Below are positions 20,209 through 30,525 of a DNA stretch of 64,000 nucleotides, one piece after another. A program made the translations under genes and the position numbers. Source of the DNA: a virus; the IMG/VR virus record IMGVR_UViG_3300013126_002744, positions 4,784-68,783 of that record; one strand, given 5' to 3'. The number at the start of each line of letters is the position of its first letter. Position 1 is the first letter of the stretch. A model generated the notes under the pieces. That model was not told the DNA's origin. It worked only from the letters and a program-made list of their open reading frames with translations, and searched no databases.

Positions 20209-21564
20209 TTATCGCCGCCAGTACAACCCTCGTGTGATTTGTCTGCCCCGTTCAACCCGATTGACATTCTTGTCTTCATACTTGTACTCTGGTGTGTGGG
20301 TGTAATCATCTTTGGTCATTACCCGTCCCCATGGCTCATGGTCAGGGACACGGTGCGTCCATTTTGCCTTGGTTGCAGGGGTTGCTGGTGGTCCATTGAA
20401 GTGGATGTTTGGTGATGCTGTTTGCACAAGATCGCCACCAGCCAAAAAGTTCATCTGAGCACCAGATGTTAGGTGCAATGTATCACCGGTTTTAACATGG
20501 AGCTGTTTTTGCGTTTGAATGTGGATGTTGTCGCCAGCATACATGTGAATTTGTTTTTTTGCATGTAGTCGGATGTCTTCATCAGATGTTAAGTTAATTC
20601 CTTGTTTCGCGCGCACATTTACTTTATTGGTTGTGAAAATATCAATGTTGCCATTCTGGTCCATCTCAATCCAATTTTCACCCTTGGCTGTTGCAATGTA
20701 AATTCGCTCATTGGTGTCATCCATGATGATCTGATGACCTGAAGTAGTTCTGAACCGTATGCGGCAGTTTTCCATACGATCGTCCATTGATAACGAGTGG
20801 AATCCAGGTGATGTAAGAGAGTAAACCATGGAGTCTAAACACCGTTCAGTGAGCGTTGTTTTTAGATTTGGAGTTTGTCTATTGGTTTGATATCCTTGCC
20901 TACTCGTCCAGCCGTCACTACTGACGTCCTTATCATCCGGTACTGAGCTCGCAGTGCTATTCAATACAGCCACATCAACTGCTGAAGCTGTGTAATCGGC
21001 AGCGCGGGTTTGCCATTCAAAGTTTGGTTTGCTCTTGTTACCAAACGCCTGCTTTGCATTTGAACTGAGCGGTTCTATTGGTTTTTCGGCGCTGGTGTAC
21101 GGTCCACTTGGAGTAATTGTATTATCTAATGATGGATGGTCATCGTACATGAATCTACCATGCGGTAGTGTGTGAGGAGTGAATTGATCGTATATAGACC
21201 CGATGTATACACGCTGGTTTGGATCGCTATCAATGCACATAATAAGGACTTGAGCCCCAACTTTTGGAACCGCCCACATTCCATATGCCACGCCCCCACG
21301 TGATTCCTCAATTCCAGGCCCCCGGGATCCGACTTGAGTTTGTCCTCCAAACGGCGATGAATACAACGTCCACGGCACGTCCTCCACTGGAGTGTCAAAC
21401 GAGTCTCCCCACCGTGCACAGATTGCTCTCACACGCCCCATTTGTTGAGGATCGTTGGTATCCACCACAATCCCAATGGTTACAGAATCCATTAGATTTT
21501 GTGTTGTTGATGACGCTATTTTTGAATTTAATTCATTTCGTCGTAAAGATGTCAGTTTTGCCAT
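20209..21564 (-). CDS. gp5: baseplate spike, gp5/VgrG-like OB-fold plus beta-helix, no lysozyme domain
   Basis: GIVVDTNDPQQMGRVR, VPKVGAQV, RTTSGHQIIMDD and RVPDHEPW. Confidence 0.8.
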   Translation of the reverse strand: MAKLTSLRRNELNSKIASSTTQNLMDSVTIGIVVDTNDPQQMGRVRAICARWGDSFDTPVEDVPWTLYSSPFGGQTQVGSRGPGIEESRGGVAYGMWAVPKVGAQVLIMCIDSDPNQRVYIGSIYDQFTPHTLPHGRFMYDDHPSLDNTITPSGPYTSAEKPIEPLSSNAKQAFGNKSKPNFEWQTRAADYTASAVDVAVLNSTASSVPDDKDVSSDGWTSRQGYQTNRQTPNLKTTLTERCLDSMVYSLTSPGFHSLSMDDRMENCRIRFRTTSGHQIIMDDTNERIYIATAKGENWIEMDQNGNIDIFTTNKVNVRAKQGINLTSDEDIRLHAKKQIHMYAGDNIHIQTQKQLHVKTGDTLHLTSGAQMNFLAGGDLVQTASPNIHFNGPPATPATKAKWTHRVPDHEPWGRVMTKDDYTHTPEYKYEDKNVNRVERGRQITRGLYWRR

Positions 21565-21579
21565 TTGTTGAGCCTTGTA

Positions 21580-24522
21580 TTATTTGCTATGTCCTCGACC
21601 GTATGATGTTCTGGTTGTTTTTTTCTGATCACTGTCCGGTTTGGAATCTACACTACATGTTTCTGGTTCTTTGTCACCTGTTTGGCCCGGTTTACACATA
21701 CTCTTATTTGAACCAATAACTTCAGCACAAGGTGGTGATTTGTCAGATTGAGGTAGCGGTGTAGATGGCTGTTGCCCAGCTGCTTGAGCAGCAGCCAACT
21801 GCTCTTTTGTTTTTAATCTGCCATGCATACGGCCAGCGATGATGCCACGGAACTCACAAGTTGTCATGTCCATATCTGGATTGTTAGTCTTCTTGCCATT
21901 TTCAATTGTTGTAAACCCATTGAGAGTTGCTATGTTTTTCCAATCATTGTAACCGAGCACATCCTTCATTGGTTGACATCCTTTAGCTGCCATCACTTTT
22001 CTGTACTTTGGATTGCCAAGCATGTGATTCATGTATATTGCTGTTGGTTGTTTGCTTCCAGCTTCTCTTGTCAGTTTAGCAGCAGCGATGGCGTTTTTAA
22101 GTGGATCGATTCTTGGATCCGTTTGACCGCTTCTAACAGGAACGCGTTCGGCACTCAGTCCATTCCATGTTTTATCTACGATTTGAAACAGCCCTGTTGC
22201 CGTGCTGTTTGGATTTTTTGAGTTTGGATCAAACCCGCCCTTGTGTGGTCCTGATTTAATTTTTGCTGACTCTAAAGAAGCCATCATTGCTAGCGTTCCA
22301 GGACTTAATCCTTCTACATTTGCGGCTGTGTAAATTGCTTGCTGAACTTCCGGAGATGATTCAGAAAAACCGTTAACATTTTCTGGGGAGAAGTCCTCAC
22401 CCATTAACAGCTCATCAATCTGTGTGGGCGGCATTACCGGAATGGGTTGGGTTTTTGCACGCTGGGCGGCCTGTGACTTATTAATTTGATCTTGTTTTTG
22501 TTGTGTAGACGGTTGTTGTTGTGTAGACTGTTGGTGCTCACACTTAACTTCATTATCATAACACGATTTAACAGTTGTTGAAAACTCTACACTCTTAGTC
22601 TGCCGTTCTTTTGCATAGTCAAACGTATTGCTAGGCGGCATGCCAATCATGTTGAGATTTTGAATGAATTCGCCATCTTCAAACACGTGTTCAATACCAA
22701 GTATATAATAATAGTTATTAAACCAAAACTGTTTGGCGTACGATTGTTTATAATCCCCACCAAACAACCCTATATCGTCGTTGTTTGAGGGCATCATGAT
22801 GTTTACTCTTGCATACCCAGGAATATATCCCCAATCAAATGTGTGCATTGAAACATTTTGTTTTCCAGCAAGACTTGGGTGTGTTGTCACCGTTGATGTT
22901 TGGAGCAGCTGCAGATTCCCTGTAATTTTCATATTCACGTCTAGCACTTCAAGGGATGAGTGCTTTGTCATGTTATATACACTTCCTGCAGTGTCTGCGT
23001 GGTTATGCGTTGATTGGTTCATTGGTAATTCAAGTTTTGTGCTAAAGAATACAGGCATGTCAACTACTGTATCTCTATTCTTATCAGACTTTAAACGCTG
23101 CTGCATTTCGTGAATAGAGCCTATGTTTGGGATGGTTACGTACGGAGGTAATGGCTCACCTTGTGTTTTTAGTGAATTTGACAATGTTGCAATTTGCAGA
23201 TATGCCAACCCCATGTTTACTTTCATATCAAACTCGAGAATATCAATGTTTTTACCTGTGTACATATAATCAAATTCGATCGTATTCTTGGCTAACAAAT
23301 CAGCGTTACTGGCATCAACCGACAACAGTTGCTTAGGTGCTGGATATGGTACTATTCTATACGTAACAACATATGATGGATTGCTGTTGTCTTTGCTTGG
23401 GTTTAACGTTTCAAGGCTCGTGTGAATTTTATACTGCATTACCGTGTGTTCTGGTAGTACTCTCCCGTCAGCCATGGTATATGGAGCTTCTATACCTTTT
23501 TCTGTAGTGCCGTCAGCTTTCACACGGTTGCTAAGCTGCATCATCATGTGAAGAGCGGATTCAAGACTTACATCCGTTCCTGTTGTATTCTTACTAGCTT
23601 CGCTACACTCACCTTTATCTTTTGTAACTGATGTATTACCGTCAAATGTATATCGAGAATTGGCGTAGTATGGATCCAATTCAATTCTGTATTCAACTTT
23701 TTTCAGGGCAGAAACCAACTGCTCTGGTTTGTAGTTGAGAGCCAACTCTGCTTTGGCTGTTTGTTCAACAACACATCTATACATCTTCTCATAATTACTG
23801 TTCACCTGTTGTTGAAGGTTGTTAACAACTTCTGATAATGTTTTCCCCACTAAATTAGGGCTTTTGACCATCTTATCGTACTGTGGCAGACGTGTTACAC
23901 CATTGGACATTGCAACGAAAGATAATGTATATTGTCCGCCCGCTTCTGTGAAAGTGCCTGTAGCATCAACTACAACAAACATGATTGGTGATATTGTTGG
24001 TATGGTTTCTATTTGATCTTGATCATTAATTCCAACAAAAAAAGTTTTCAATACAAAAGTAACGTGCGCAGCATCTTTTCCGAGAGCTACACAACACTGT
24101 GTTATCGTGTCAAGAAATGTTATGCCTTTGGGTTCGGATATTTCTATCGATCCTTCAACTGCAAGAGATGTGTATCTGTCGTTATTTACCGCACCCGCGG
24201 CGGTATATGTCTGAAACGCAACACGTGTAATTGCAAAGCTAGCATCAGTTGAGCCGTTTATCAATACACAATATTGTTTTAATGGATCGTCTTTACCGTC
24301 TTGGGTTTTTAATGTTTTTGGAGACCATGGTCCAAGATAGTCATTAGCGTATTCAGATGGTGAAGGATGTAACCATGTGTCTACAATATTTCTGTTTTCT
24401 ACGGCGAGAGCTGTAGCCGTTTCAGATGAGTTACATACAGCTAACACATGATAGTAGCTGTATGATTTGAATTTTGCTAGTGGATTCTCATGAATCTCAT
24501 TTCCAACTTTGATCTTTGACAT
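21580..24522 (-). CDS. baseplate hub-like protein with C-terminal lytic transglycosylase (SLT)
   Basis: ENPLAKFKSYSY and YMYTGKNIDIL; SLT motifs ASLES...ATGLFQIVDKTW. Confidence 0.75.
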   Translation of the reverse strand: MSKIKVGNEIHENPLAKFKSYSYYHVLAVCNSSETATALAVENRNIVDTWLHPSPSEYANDYLGPWSPKTLKTQDGKDDPLKQYCVLINGSTDASFAITRVAFQTYTAAGAVNNDRYTSLAVEGSIEISEPKGITFLDTITQCCVALGKDAAHVTFVLKTFFVGINDQDQIETIPTISPIMFVVVDATGTFTEAGGQYTLSFVAMSNGVTRLPQYDKMVKSPNLVGKTLSEVVNNLQQQVNSNYEKMYRCVVEQTAKAELALNYKPEQLVSALKKVEYRIELDPYYANSRYTFDGNTSVTKDKGECSEASKNTTGTDVSLESALHMMMQLSNRVKADGTTEKGIEAPYTMADGRVLPEHTVMQYKIHTSLETLNPSKDNSNPSYVVTYRIVPYPAPKQLLSVDASNADLLAKNTIEFDYMYTGKNIDILEFDMKVNMGLAYLQIATLSNSLKTQGEPLPPYVTIPNIGSIHEMQQRLKSDKNRDTVVDMPVFFSTKLELPMNQSTHNHADTAGSVYNMTKHSSLEVLDVNMKITGNLQLLQTSTVTTHPSLAGKQNVSMHTFDWGYIPGYARVNIMMPSNNDDIGLFGGDYKQSYAKQFWFNNYYYILGIEHVFEDGEFIQNLNMIGMPPSNTFDYAKERQTKSVEFSTTVKSCYDNEVKCEHQQSTQQQPSTQQKQDQINKSQAAQRAKTQPIPVMPPTQIDELLMGEDFSPENVNGFSESSPEVQQAIYTAANVEGLSPGTLAMMASLESAKIKSGPHKGGFDPNSKNPNSTATGLFQIVDKTWNGLSAERVPVRSGQTDPRIDPLKNAIAAAKLTREAGSKQPTAIYMNHMLGNPKYRKVMAAKGCQPMKDVLGYNDWKNIATLNGFTTIENGKKTNNPDMDMTTCEFRGIIAGRMHGRLKTKEQLAAAQAAGQQPSTPLPQSDKSPPCAEVIGSNKSMCKPGQTGDKEPETCSVDSKPDSDQKKTTRTSYGRGHSK

Positions 24523-24525
24523 ATA

Positions 24526-24867
24526 TTATGTTTTTGATATTGCTGAATATCGTGTGTTCAATAATTCCGTCATTACACGTGTTTTTGTAGGGAGAATTAA
24601 TTTTGTCCCTTCAACAAACTCTGTGTTAACGTCTATAATATTGTTATATTGTAATATTAACCATAGTAGCGTTGATTGCCCATACAGGTCATACGCTAAC
24701 AAGTCTGGTCGTTTAGCGTATTTACTTGTTATTGTTATCGACATATCCGATTCTGATGAGGGTAAATTTGCTCGATCCCACCAACCAAGCCTGTTTCCGA
24801 AATCAACAGTGCCCCCACCGTATGAGTATCGACCATTACTTACATTGTTTGATTTTTTGACTGCCAT
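24526..24867 (-). CDS. gp53: baseplate wedge gp53/LysM-like protein
   Basis: RPDLLAYDLYGQSTLLWLILQYN. Confidence 0.8.
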   Translation of the reverse strand: MAVKKSNNVSNGRYSYGGGTVDFGNRLGWWDRANLPSSESDMSITITSKYAKRPDLLAYDLYGQSTLLWLILQYNNIIDVNTEFVEGTKLILPTKTRVMTELLNTRYSAISKT

Positions 24868-24878
24868 GGTTTTTCCTA

Positions 24879-25922
24879 TTAGAATTGAACTAATTGTCCT
24901 TTCTTAAACATGCTCAATGAAAACTGCTCATATCCTTTGGGCGAATGTGTTTCAGCCAATTCAATACGAACTGACATTTTGACAGGAAACGGCTCACCTG
25001 ATGGAGAAGCTGGAATATAATCAACATCATCTGGATAATCAATGCCTAGCGAGGTTATTACTACAGGCAGCTTTTTGAGGTTTATCTGTCCATCAACCAT
25101 CGTCATGCGATCCTCTGATGAATTTCTGTTGTTTGTGTATGCGTACAAATATAACACGTCAGGTGGAGCTCCTAGCATACTCGTGCGATCATCAATTGTT
25201 CCATTATTTGATGCAGCATCCCACCCATTGCTTGTCATATCAGAACGGGTGAACCCATCTGTTCCACTTCTGATACCAAAATACGGCATCGTCCATCCAC
25301 GCAACAATTGCAAGTACTTCATGTTCTGTCCGGCTTGTTCAACATTGCGTGATATCAATTGTGCAGTAAGTGAAAATGTACGTGAGTTTGTTCGTTTGTA
25401 AACTTGAATACTGCCTGGCATATGTACCGGTGTGACTGGGGCGTAATCGACGGTGCGAGATTCCGATAAAACGGGTGATGCCTCAAATATGACGTACTGT
25501 GTTGGAAAATTACGGACGGCGAACAGTCTGACCTTATACCCAAACTTTCCTTGGTCCTCTTCATTTTGAGGCACTTGTGTTGTGAGATTTGCCCCACCTT
25601 GCATGTAATCTTCATTTGGATTACGCACAACAGATGTTGGCATGTTTGTCTGGCTCATGTTTGGTGCTGTCATGCCACTATAATTTGCAGCACTTGTGTC
25701 AACAGACCCATACTGTGCGGTGGTCATAAACGACGGTGCAGCAGGGCCAGTATAATCAGCAGCACTCCCACCAAGCGGATTGACCGATCTGGTTATGTTG
25801 GCGTTGACCGGAGATATAGCACTTAATGCTTGCTTCGATGTTGTGCGAGATGCAGCGGCGCTACTATCCAATATAGAAGGTATTGATGTTGCGGGTGTAG
25901 GTTTAAATTGTTCACCAGCCAT
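24879..25922 (-). CDS. tail tube initiator / tube-fold baseplate protein (gp48-like)
   Basis: GAPPDVLYL, PVVITSLGIDYPDDVDY and PVKMSVRIEL. Confidence 0.65.
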   Translation of the reverse strand: MAGEQFKPTPATSIPSILDSSAAASRTTSKQALSAISPVNANITRSVNPLGGSAADYTGPAAPSFMTTAQYGSVDTSAANYSGMTAPNMSQTNMPTSVVRNPNEDYMQGGANLTTQVPQNEEDQGKFGYKVRLFAVRNFPTQYVIFEASPVLSESRTVDYAPVTPVHMPGSIQVYKRTNSRTFSLTAQLISRNVEQAGQNMKYLQLLRGWTMPYFGIRSGTDGFTRSDMTSNGWDAASNNGTIDDRTSMLGAPPDVLYLYAYTNNRNSSEDRMTMVDGQINLKKLPVVITSLGIDYPDDVDYIPASPSGEPFPVKMSVRIELAETHSPKGYEQFSLSMFKKGQLVQF

Positions 25923-25951
25923 ATGCTTTCCTTAAACACAGTTTGATATGA

Positions 25952-25958
25952 TATTTAT
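25952..25958 (-). promoter_or_regulatory. late promoter ATAAATA for the baseplate operon
   Basis: T4 late-promoter-like motif 30 bp upstream of the first baseplate ATG. Confidence 0.75.
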
Positions 25959-25962
25959 TGCG

Positions 25963-25991
25963 TTGACCTATGTTGCCAAAATGTGTATAAT
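25963..25991 (+). promoter_or_regulatory. sigma70-type promoter for gp55
   Basis: TTGACC-17 bp-TATAAT. Confidence 0.8.
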
Positions 25992-26031
25992 TTATTACTA
26001 ACCCTCGCATAATATAACAATAAGGTTACGT

Positions 26032-26601
26032 ATGACAACAACTAAACCACCAAAGAAAGCCGTATATCTAACAAACAAAGAACTTTTAGCAGAAGTAATC
26101 AACGCCAAATCAAAAGGTGTCATGACCGACAAGCTAGCAGGCATGTTGATGATGTTAACACGCAAATATGCTAAAAAAGGTAATTTTGTCAACTATACTT
26201 ACAACGAGGATATGGTCAGTTATGCGCTGATGATGCTCGTTCGCACATGGAATAGTTTCAACCCCGAGAAGTCAAACAACCCGTTTGCATTCTACACCCA
26301 ATGTATTAAAAACTCCTTTGTCCAATACCTCAATCAAGAAAAACGGCAGCGCAACATCCGTGATGAATTGTTGGTTGCTCAAGGCATGAACCCATCATAT
26401 GGGTTTGGAGATGGCACATCACGTGCTGGGGGTGGTGTGGAAGACGAGGAAGATTTCGAAGCAACACAGAAGGTTGCTCAGGAAATTCTCAAGGGTATTG
26501 ACAAAGTTCCGACAGCAGACCAAGGTGAGGTTATTGATTTGTCTGATGATGGATCAGGTGCTGCAGATTCATCAGGACCAGTAGACGATACCCAAAATTG
26601 A
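26032..26601 (+). CDS. gp55: late-transcription sigma factor
   Basis: YLTNKELLAE, NFVNYTYNEDM and FNPEKSNNPFAFYTQCIKNSF. Confidence 0.9.
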   Translation: MTTTKPPKKAVYLTNKELLAEVINAKSKGVMTDKLAGMLMMLTRKYAKKGNFVNYTYNEDMVSYALMMLVRTWNSFNPEKSNNPFAFYTQCIKNSFVQYLNQEKRQRNIRDELLVAQGMNPSYGFGDGTSRAGGGVEDEEDFEATQKVAQEILKGIDKVPTADQGEVIDLSDDGSGAADSSGPVDDTQN

Positions 26602-26628
26602 CACAAAAACATTTTTATTGTTATAGGG

Positions 26629-27567
26629 TTAAGAATACCTCCATATGAATCCACCAGCTGTCTTGTTACAATGTTTGGATGAACACACTCTGAGTATGTG
26701 AGCGTGTCCAATCCCAGTCACCCGCGACGCTTCAGCAACCGACACGTACTCGTTTACAAAACCACCATCAAGTGTCATTTGCTGAACTTTGCGATTTTTG
26801 TATCGAATATCAACATGGTTGTCTGGATGATAAACATCACCCTCGTATCGCCATGCAAAACCACCACTGTGTTTTACTTTACCCCTGCACGCCCCTGATA
26901 TGGTGCGCACATCAAGTCCAATGCTTGTGGCTGCGTGTGTAACTGACCAATGTATCCGTACAAGTTCACCTGTTGTGGGATTATATTGACACACCCGCTT
27001 GTGATCACGATAATCCAAAACTTTGATGTCCTCGCCTTCGTACGTCCAAAGGAACCCACCAGACGAAACACGCTTTCCTTTGCAACACTGTGTTATGTAT
27101 CCACGGTTTGCTGCAGGCACTAGTTCTGCAGCCCTCTTTGCAGAGGGATATGTTGCTATGAAATCGCCATCTAATGTGTATTGCGATACTGGTAGCCCTT
27201 TGTTTTTTGATAGCTCATGACCCCGCTTCCACGATCTAAGATCATCCGACCATCCTGATACACCATCGCCCCCATCAGTTAGGTTACACAGTATTCCTGT
27301 TGCTAAGTCCAACCTTCCGTGCAGAGCTATAAGTTTACGTTCTGTATGAAGTGCTTCATTTTCTGTTAAATTTACACGAGTTTTTGCATATACAGGTTTT
27401 AGACCCTCCTGTTCCAGTTCTTTAAATTTTTGCTTGAGTAAATGGTTGCATCTATTACTGTTTCTGTTGATCCAATGATCATACATCCGACGGTTTTTGC
27501 CTTTACCAACATACATCGGTTGACCTGTTCTTGGATCTATTATATAATACACATAATAATCATTCAT
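26629..27567 (-). mobile_element. free-standing GIY-YIG homing endonuclease with three NUMOD1-type repeats
   Basis: YYVY...YVGKG..RR..H; three V.Q....G...GGF.W.Y repeats; antisense between gp55 and gp47; late promoter at 27604-27610. Confidence 0.8.
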
Positions 27568-27656
27568 ATATTTACCCTTTGTGTTAGCTTTATTACCTAA
27601 ATGTATTTATGATGCTAACCATATTTGTACCAAAAAAATTAAGGAAATGCGTGTAA

Positions 27657-28700
27657 ATGAGTAAACTTAACCGTGCAATTGCGATGACAGATATACACTG
27701 GGGGGCAAAAAGCAACAGCGAGGTACACAATCAGGATTGTTTGGATTACATAGATTGGTTCTGCACCCAAGCAAAGAAGCACAAAGCAGACCATGTAATT
27801 TTTATGGGTGATTGGTTTGAGAACAGGAATGCTCTTAATGTGTCAACCATGACATACGCATATCAGGGTGCAAAAAAATTAAATGACTTAAACATTCCTG
27901 TGTATTTCATCATCGGTAACCACGATTTATACCATCGTCACACGCGAGAGATTTTTTCAACTTTACCATATAAAGAATTCAGCAATTTTACAATCATTAA
28001 CGAACCAACCATAATTGAAGACGTTGAAGGCAACCCACTAGTGTGTCCCTTTTTGTTTCACAATGAGTATCCTGCTCTTGCTGAATTTTTATCAGCAGCG
28101 TCGTGGTGGGGACATTTTGAATTTAAAGGGTTTATTGTGACTGGATACAGCATTCAGATGCCTACTGGACCTTCACACACCGATTTCCACGGGCCAAAAA
28201 TATTTTCCGGGCACTTTCACAAGAGACAAATTACTGATAATGTTACGTATATCGGAAACGTTTTTCCAACCAATTTCAGTGATGCAGGTGATAATAACAG
28301 AGGGTTAGCGTTGTATGATCACACAGCACAAAAAACCGAATTTATCAATTGGGCTGATTGTCCAAAATACACAAAGGTGAGGCTGACCGACATTCTGGAC
28401 GATACAAAGATCGTTCATGCTAACTCCCGCATCAAGTGTATCATTGATGTACCAATCTCGTATGAAGAGAGCACATTCCTGCGCCAAAAGTTTATTGATG
28501 ATTTCCAACTAAGGGAGTTTTCCATGGAAGAAAGCCAAGACATTGTTGAGGCACTGAAAGATACAGAAATCGATATTGATGCAGAGAGCATCAAGTTGGA
28601 TAGTGTTGATGATTTGGTTGTCCAGATGATCAATAGTATTGACACCCCTCACATTGAGAATGATATGCTCACACAGATTTATCAGCAACTGAAGGTATAA
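27657..28700 (+). CDS. gp47: Mre11/SbcD recombination nuclease
   Basis: TDIHWG, GDWF, GNHD and SGHFH phosphoesterase motifs. Confidence 0.92.
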   Translation: MSKLNRAIAMTDIHWGAKSNSEVHNQDCLDYIDWFCTQAKKHKADHVIFMGDWFENRNALNVSTMTYAYQGAKKLNDLNIPVYFIIGNHDLYHRHTREIFSTLPYKEFSNFTIINEPTIIEDVEGNPLVCPFLFHNEYPALAEFLSAASWWGHFEFKGFIVTGYSIQMPTGPSHTDFHGPKIFSGHFHKRQITDNVTYIGNVFPTNFSDAGDNNRGLALYDHTAQKTEFINWADCPKYTKVRLTDILDDTKIVHANSRIKCIIDVPISYEESTFLRQKFIDDFQLREFSMEESQDIVEALKDTEIDIDAESIKLDSVDDLVVQMINSIDTPHIENDMLTQIYQQLKV

Positions 28701-28702
28701 TA

Positions 28703-30475
28703 ATGGCAACAGTCCGCTTCCACAGCGTATCACTACGCAATTTTCTATCATACGGTAACAACACTACAGTCATTGAACTTGACAACACAGGCACCACACT
28801 AATTGTCGGTGAAGACCTTGACAACACCACCAACGGCCAAGGTGCTAATGGTGTTGGTAAATCGAGCATCATCAACGCTGTTGCGTATGCGATGTATGAT
28901 AAACCAATCTCAAATATTTCCAAAGATAATCTTGTCAATAACATAAACAAGAAGAACATGGAGGTTGCTGTTGATTTTACAGCACCAAATGGCAAGCGCT
29001 ATACAGTCAAACGCACAAGAAAAACAAAGGCTGGGGCGGCTGGCAATGCTGTATTCATTTTTGAGGACGGTAAGGATGTCACACCAGATAGTGTGAGCAA
29101 CGCCAATGAGTTTATTGAAAAGCTGATTGGCATTCCATACGAGCTTTTTGTTCGTATTGTTGTGTTCAGTGCTTCGCATACTCCATTCTTGGACCTGCCG
29201 ACAACGTCTCATTACGCAGCAAACCAGAAGGACATCATTGAAGAGTTGTTTGGTTTGACGATGCTCACCCAGAAGGCCGAGCGGTTGAAGGAGATGATTA
29301 AGGACACAGAGGGTCGGTTATCCACCAATGAGTTGAAAATCAGGGCATTAGAGCAGGAGCGAGAGCGGTTTGAAGCTCAACTTGAGTCCGCTAAAAAGCG
29401 AGTGTTGAACTGGGAGTCTCAGAATGACGAGACCATTGCCGAACTTGAAGCAAAACTCGAATCCGTAGGTGATGTTGATGTTGAAGAGCAGCAACGCATC
29501 CATGCTGAAGTGAAAGAAGCCAAAAAGGAGCTCAATGCTGCCCTTGAACTACAGCGGGAGGTTGAAACCCAAATCAAAGCACTGAAGAAGCAGCAAAAGG
29601 AACTGCTTGCTAATCTTGCTCATTTGAGGGATGATAAGTGTCCGTATTGTTTGCAAGGGTTTAGTGGGGGTGATAAACTGGAAGAAACAGAAAATTTGTT
29701 AATGGAGATCAGCGACAATTTGGGGTCATTAACCACCGAAGCTGAAGCCATAGCCGCTTCCATTTCATCTATTACACACAAACACAACGAGCTCAAAGGC
29801 AGGATTTTATTTACCAATTTAGAAGAACTTTTAACAACAAAGAACCAGAGTACCCAAATCCTGGCAAAGATTGAAGAGCTGAAAGCAGCGACCAATCCAT
29901 ACATTGAACCACTAGATGAGCTGAATGCGATGGCTGTTGATGAGGTGGATTATACTGAGATCAACAAGATCACAAAGGAACTTGAACACCAGAAGTTCCT
30001 GCTCAAGCTGCTGACAAAGAAGGATAGTTTTGTCCGTAAAGCGCTACTGAATAAGAACATTCCGTTCCTGAACCAAAAGTTGGCAGGATATTTGACTACC
30101 CTTGGGCTGCCTCACAAGGTTGAATTTACACATGAAATGACCGCAAGTATCAGTCAATTTGGTCACGAACTTGACTTTGGTAATCTGTCAGCTGGTCAGC
30201 GTGCGCGCGTTAATCTTGCTCTGTCATTAGCGTTTCGTGATGTGCTGCAAAATATGCACACCAAGGTTAATATCTGCATGTTGGATGAAGTACTAGACCA
30301 TGGTTTGGATGGTGTTGGTGTCCAGGCTGCAGTGAAGATGTTGAAGAGAATGGCCCGCGATGAAAAGCTGAGTATGTTTGTGATTACACACCGCGAGGTC
30401 GATACCGCGTTTGATCACACACTAACCATACAACTGTCTAAGGGCTTCTCGTATGTGAAACAAGAGGATAATTGA
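28703..30475 (+). CDS. gp46: Rad50/SbcC recombination ATPase
   Basis: Walker A GANGVGKS, CPYC zinc hook, LSAGQ signature, LDEVLD. Confidence 0.93.
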   Translation: MATVRFHSVSLRNFLSYGNNTTVIELDNTGTTLIVGEDLDNTTNGQGANGVGKSSIINAVAYAMYDKPISNISKDNLVNNINKKNMEVAVDFTAPNGKRYTVKRTRKTKAGAAGNAVFIFEDGKDVTPDSVSNANEFIEKLIGIPYELFVRIVVFSASHTPFLDLPTTSHYAANQKDIIEELFGLTMLTQKAERLKEMIKDTEGRLSTNELKIRALEQERERFEAQLESAKKRVLNWESQNDETIAELEAKLESVGDVDVEEQQRIHAEVKEAKKELNAALELQREVETQIKALKKQQKELLANLAHLRDDKCPYCLQGFSGGDKLEETENLLMEISDNLGSLTTEAEAIAASISSITHKHNELKGRILFTNLEELLTTKNQSTQILAKIEELKAATNPYIEPLDELNAMAVDEVDYTEINKITKELEHQKFLLKLLTKKDSFVRKALLNKNIPFLNQKLAGYLTTLGLPHKVEFTHEMTASISQFGHELDFGNLSAGQRARVNLALSLAFRDVLQNMHTKVNICMLDEVLDHGLDGVGVQAAVKMLKRMARDEKLSMFVITHREVDTAFDHTLTIQLSKGFSYVKQEDN

Positions 30476-30525
30476 TACCCCTTCTCTATCCACCTGTAAA
30501 TACAGGATATTGGATGGAGAGGGTA
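30476..30525 (+). promoter_or_regulatory. RBS-sequestering hairpin with late promoter GTAAATA at its apex
   Basis: TACCC..TCTCTATCCA pairs with TGGATGGAGAGGGTA; inner CCTGT-aaat-ACAGG. Confidence 0.75.

Noticed and set aside
646-25922. Bacterial contractile injection system (T6SS/eCIS)
   Set aside because: Linked capsid, portal, terminase and gp55 genes show a phage
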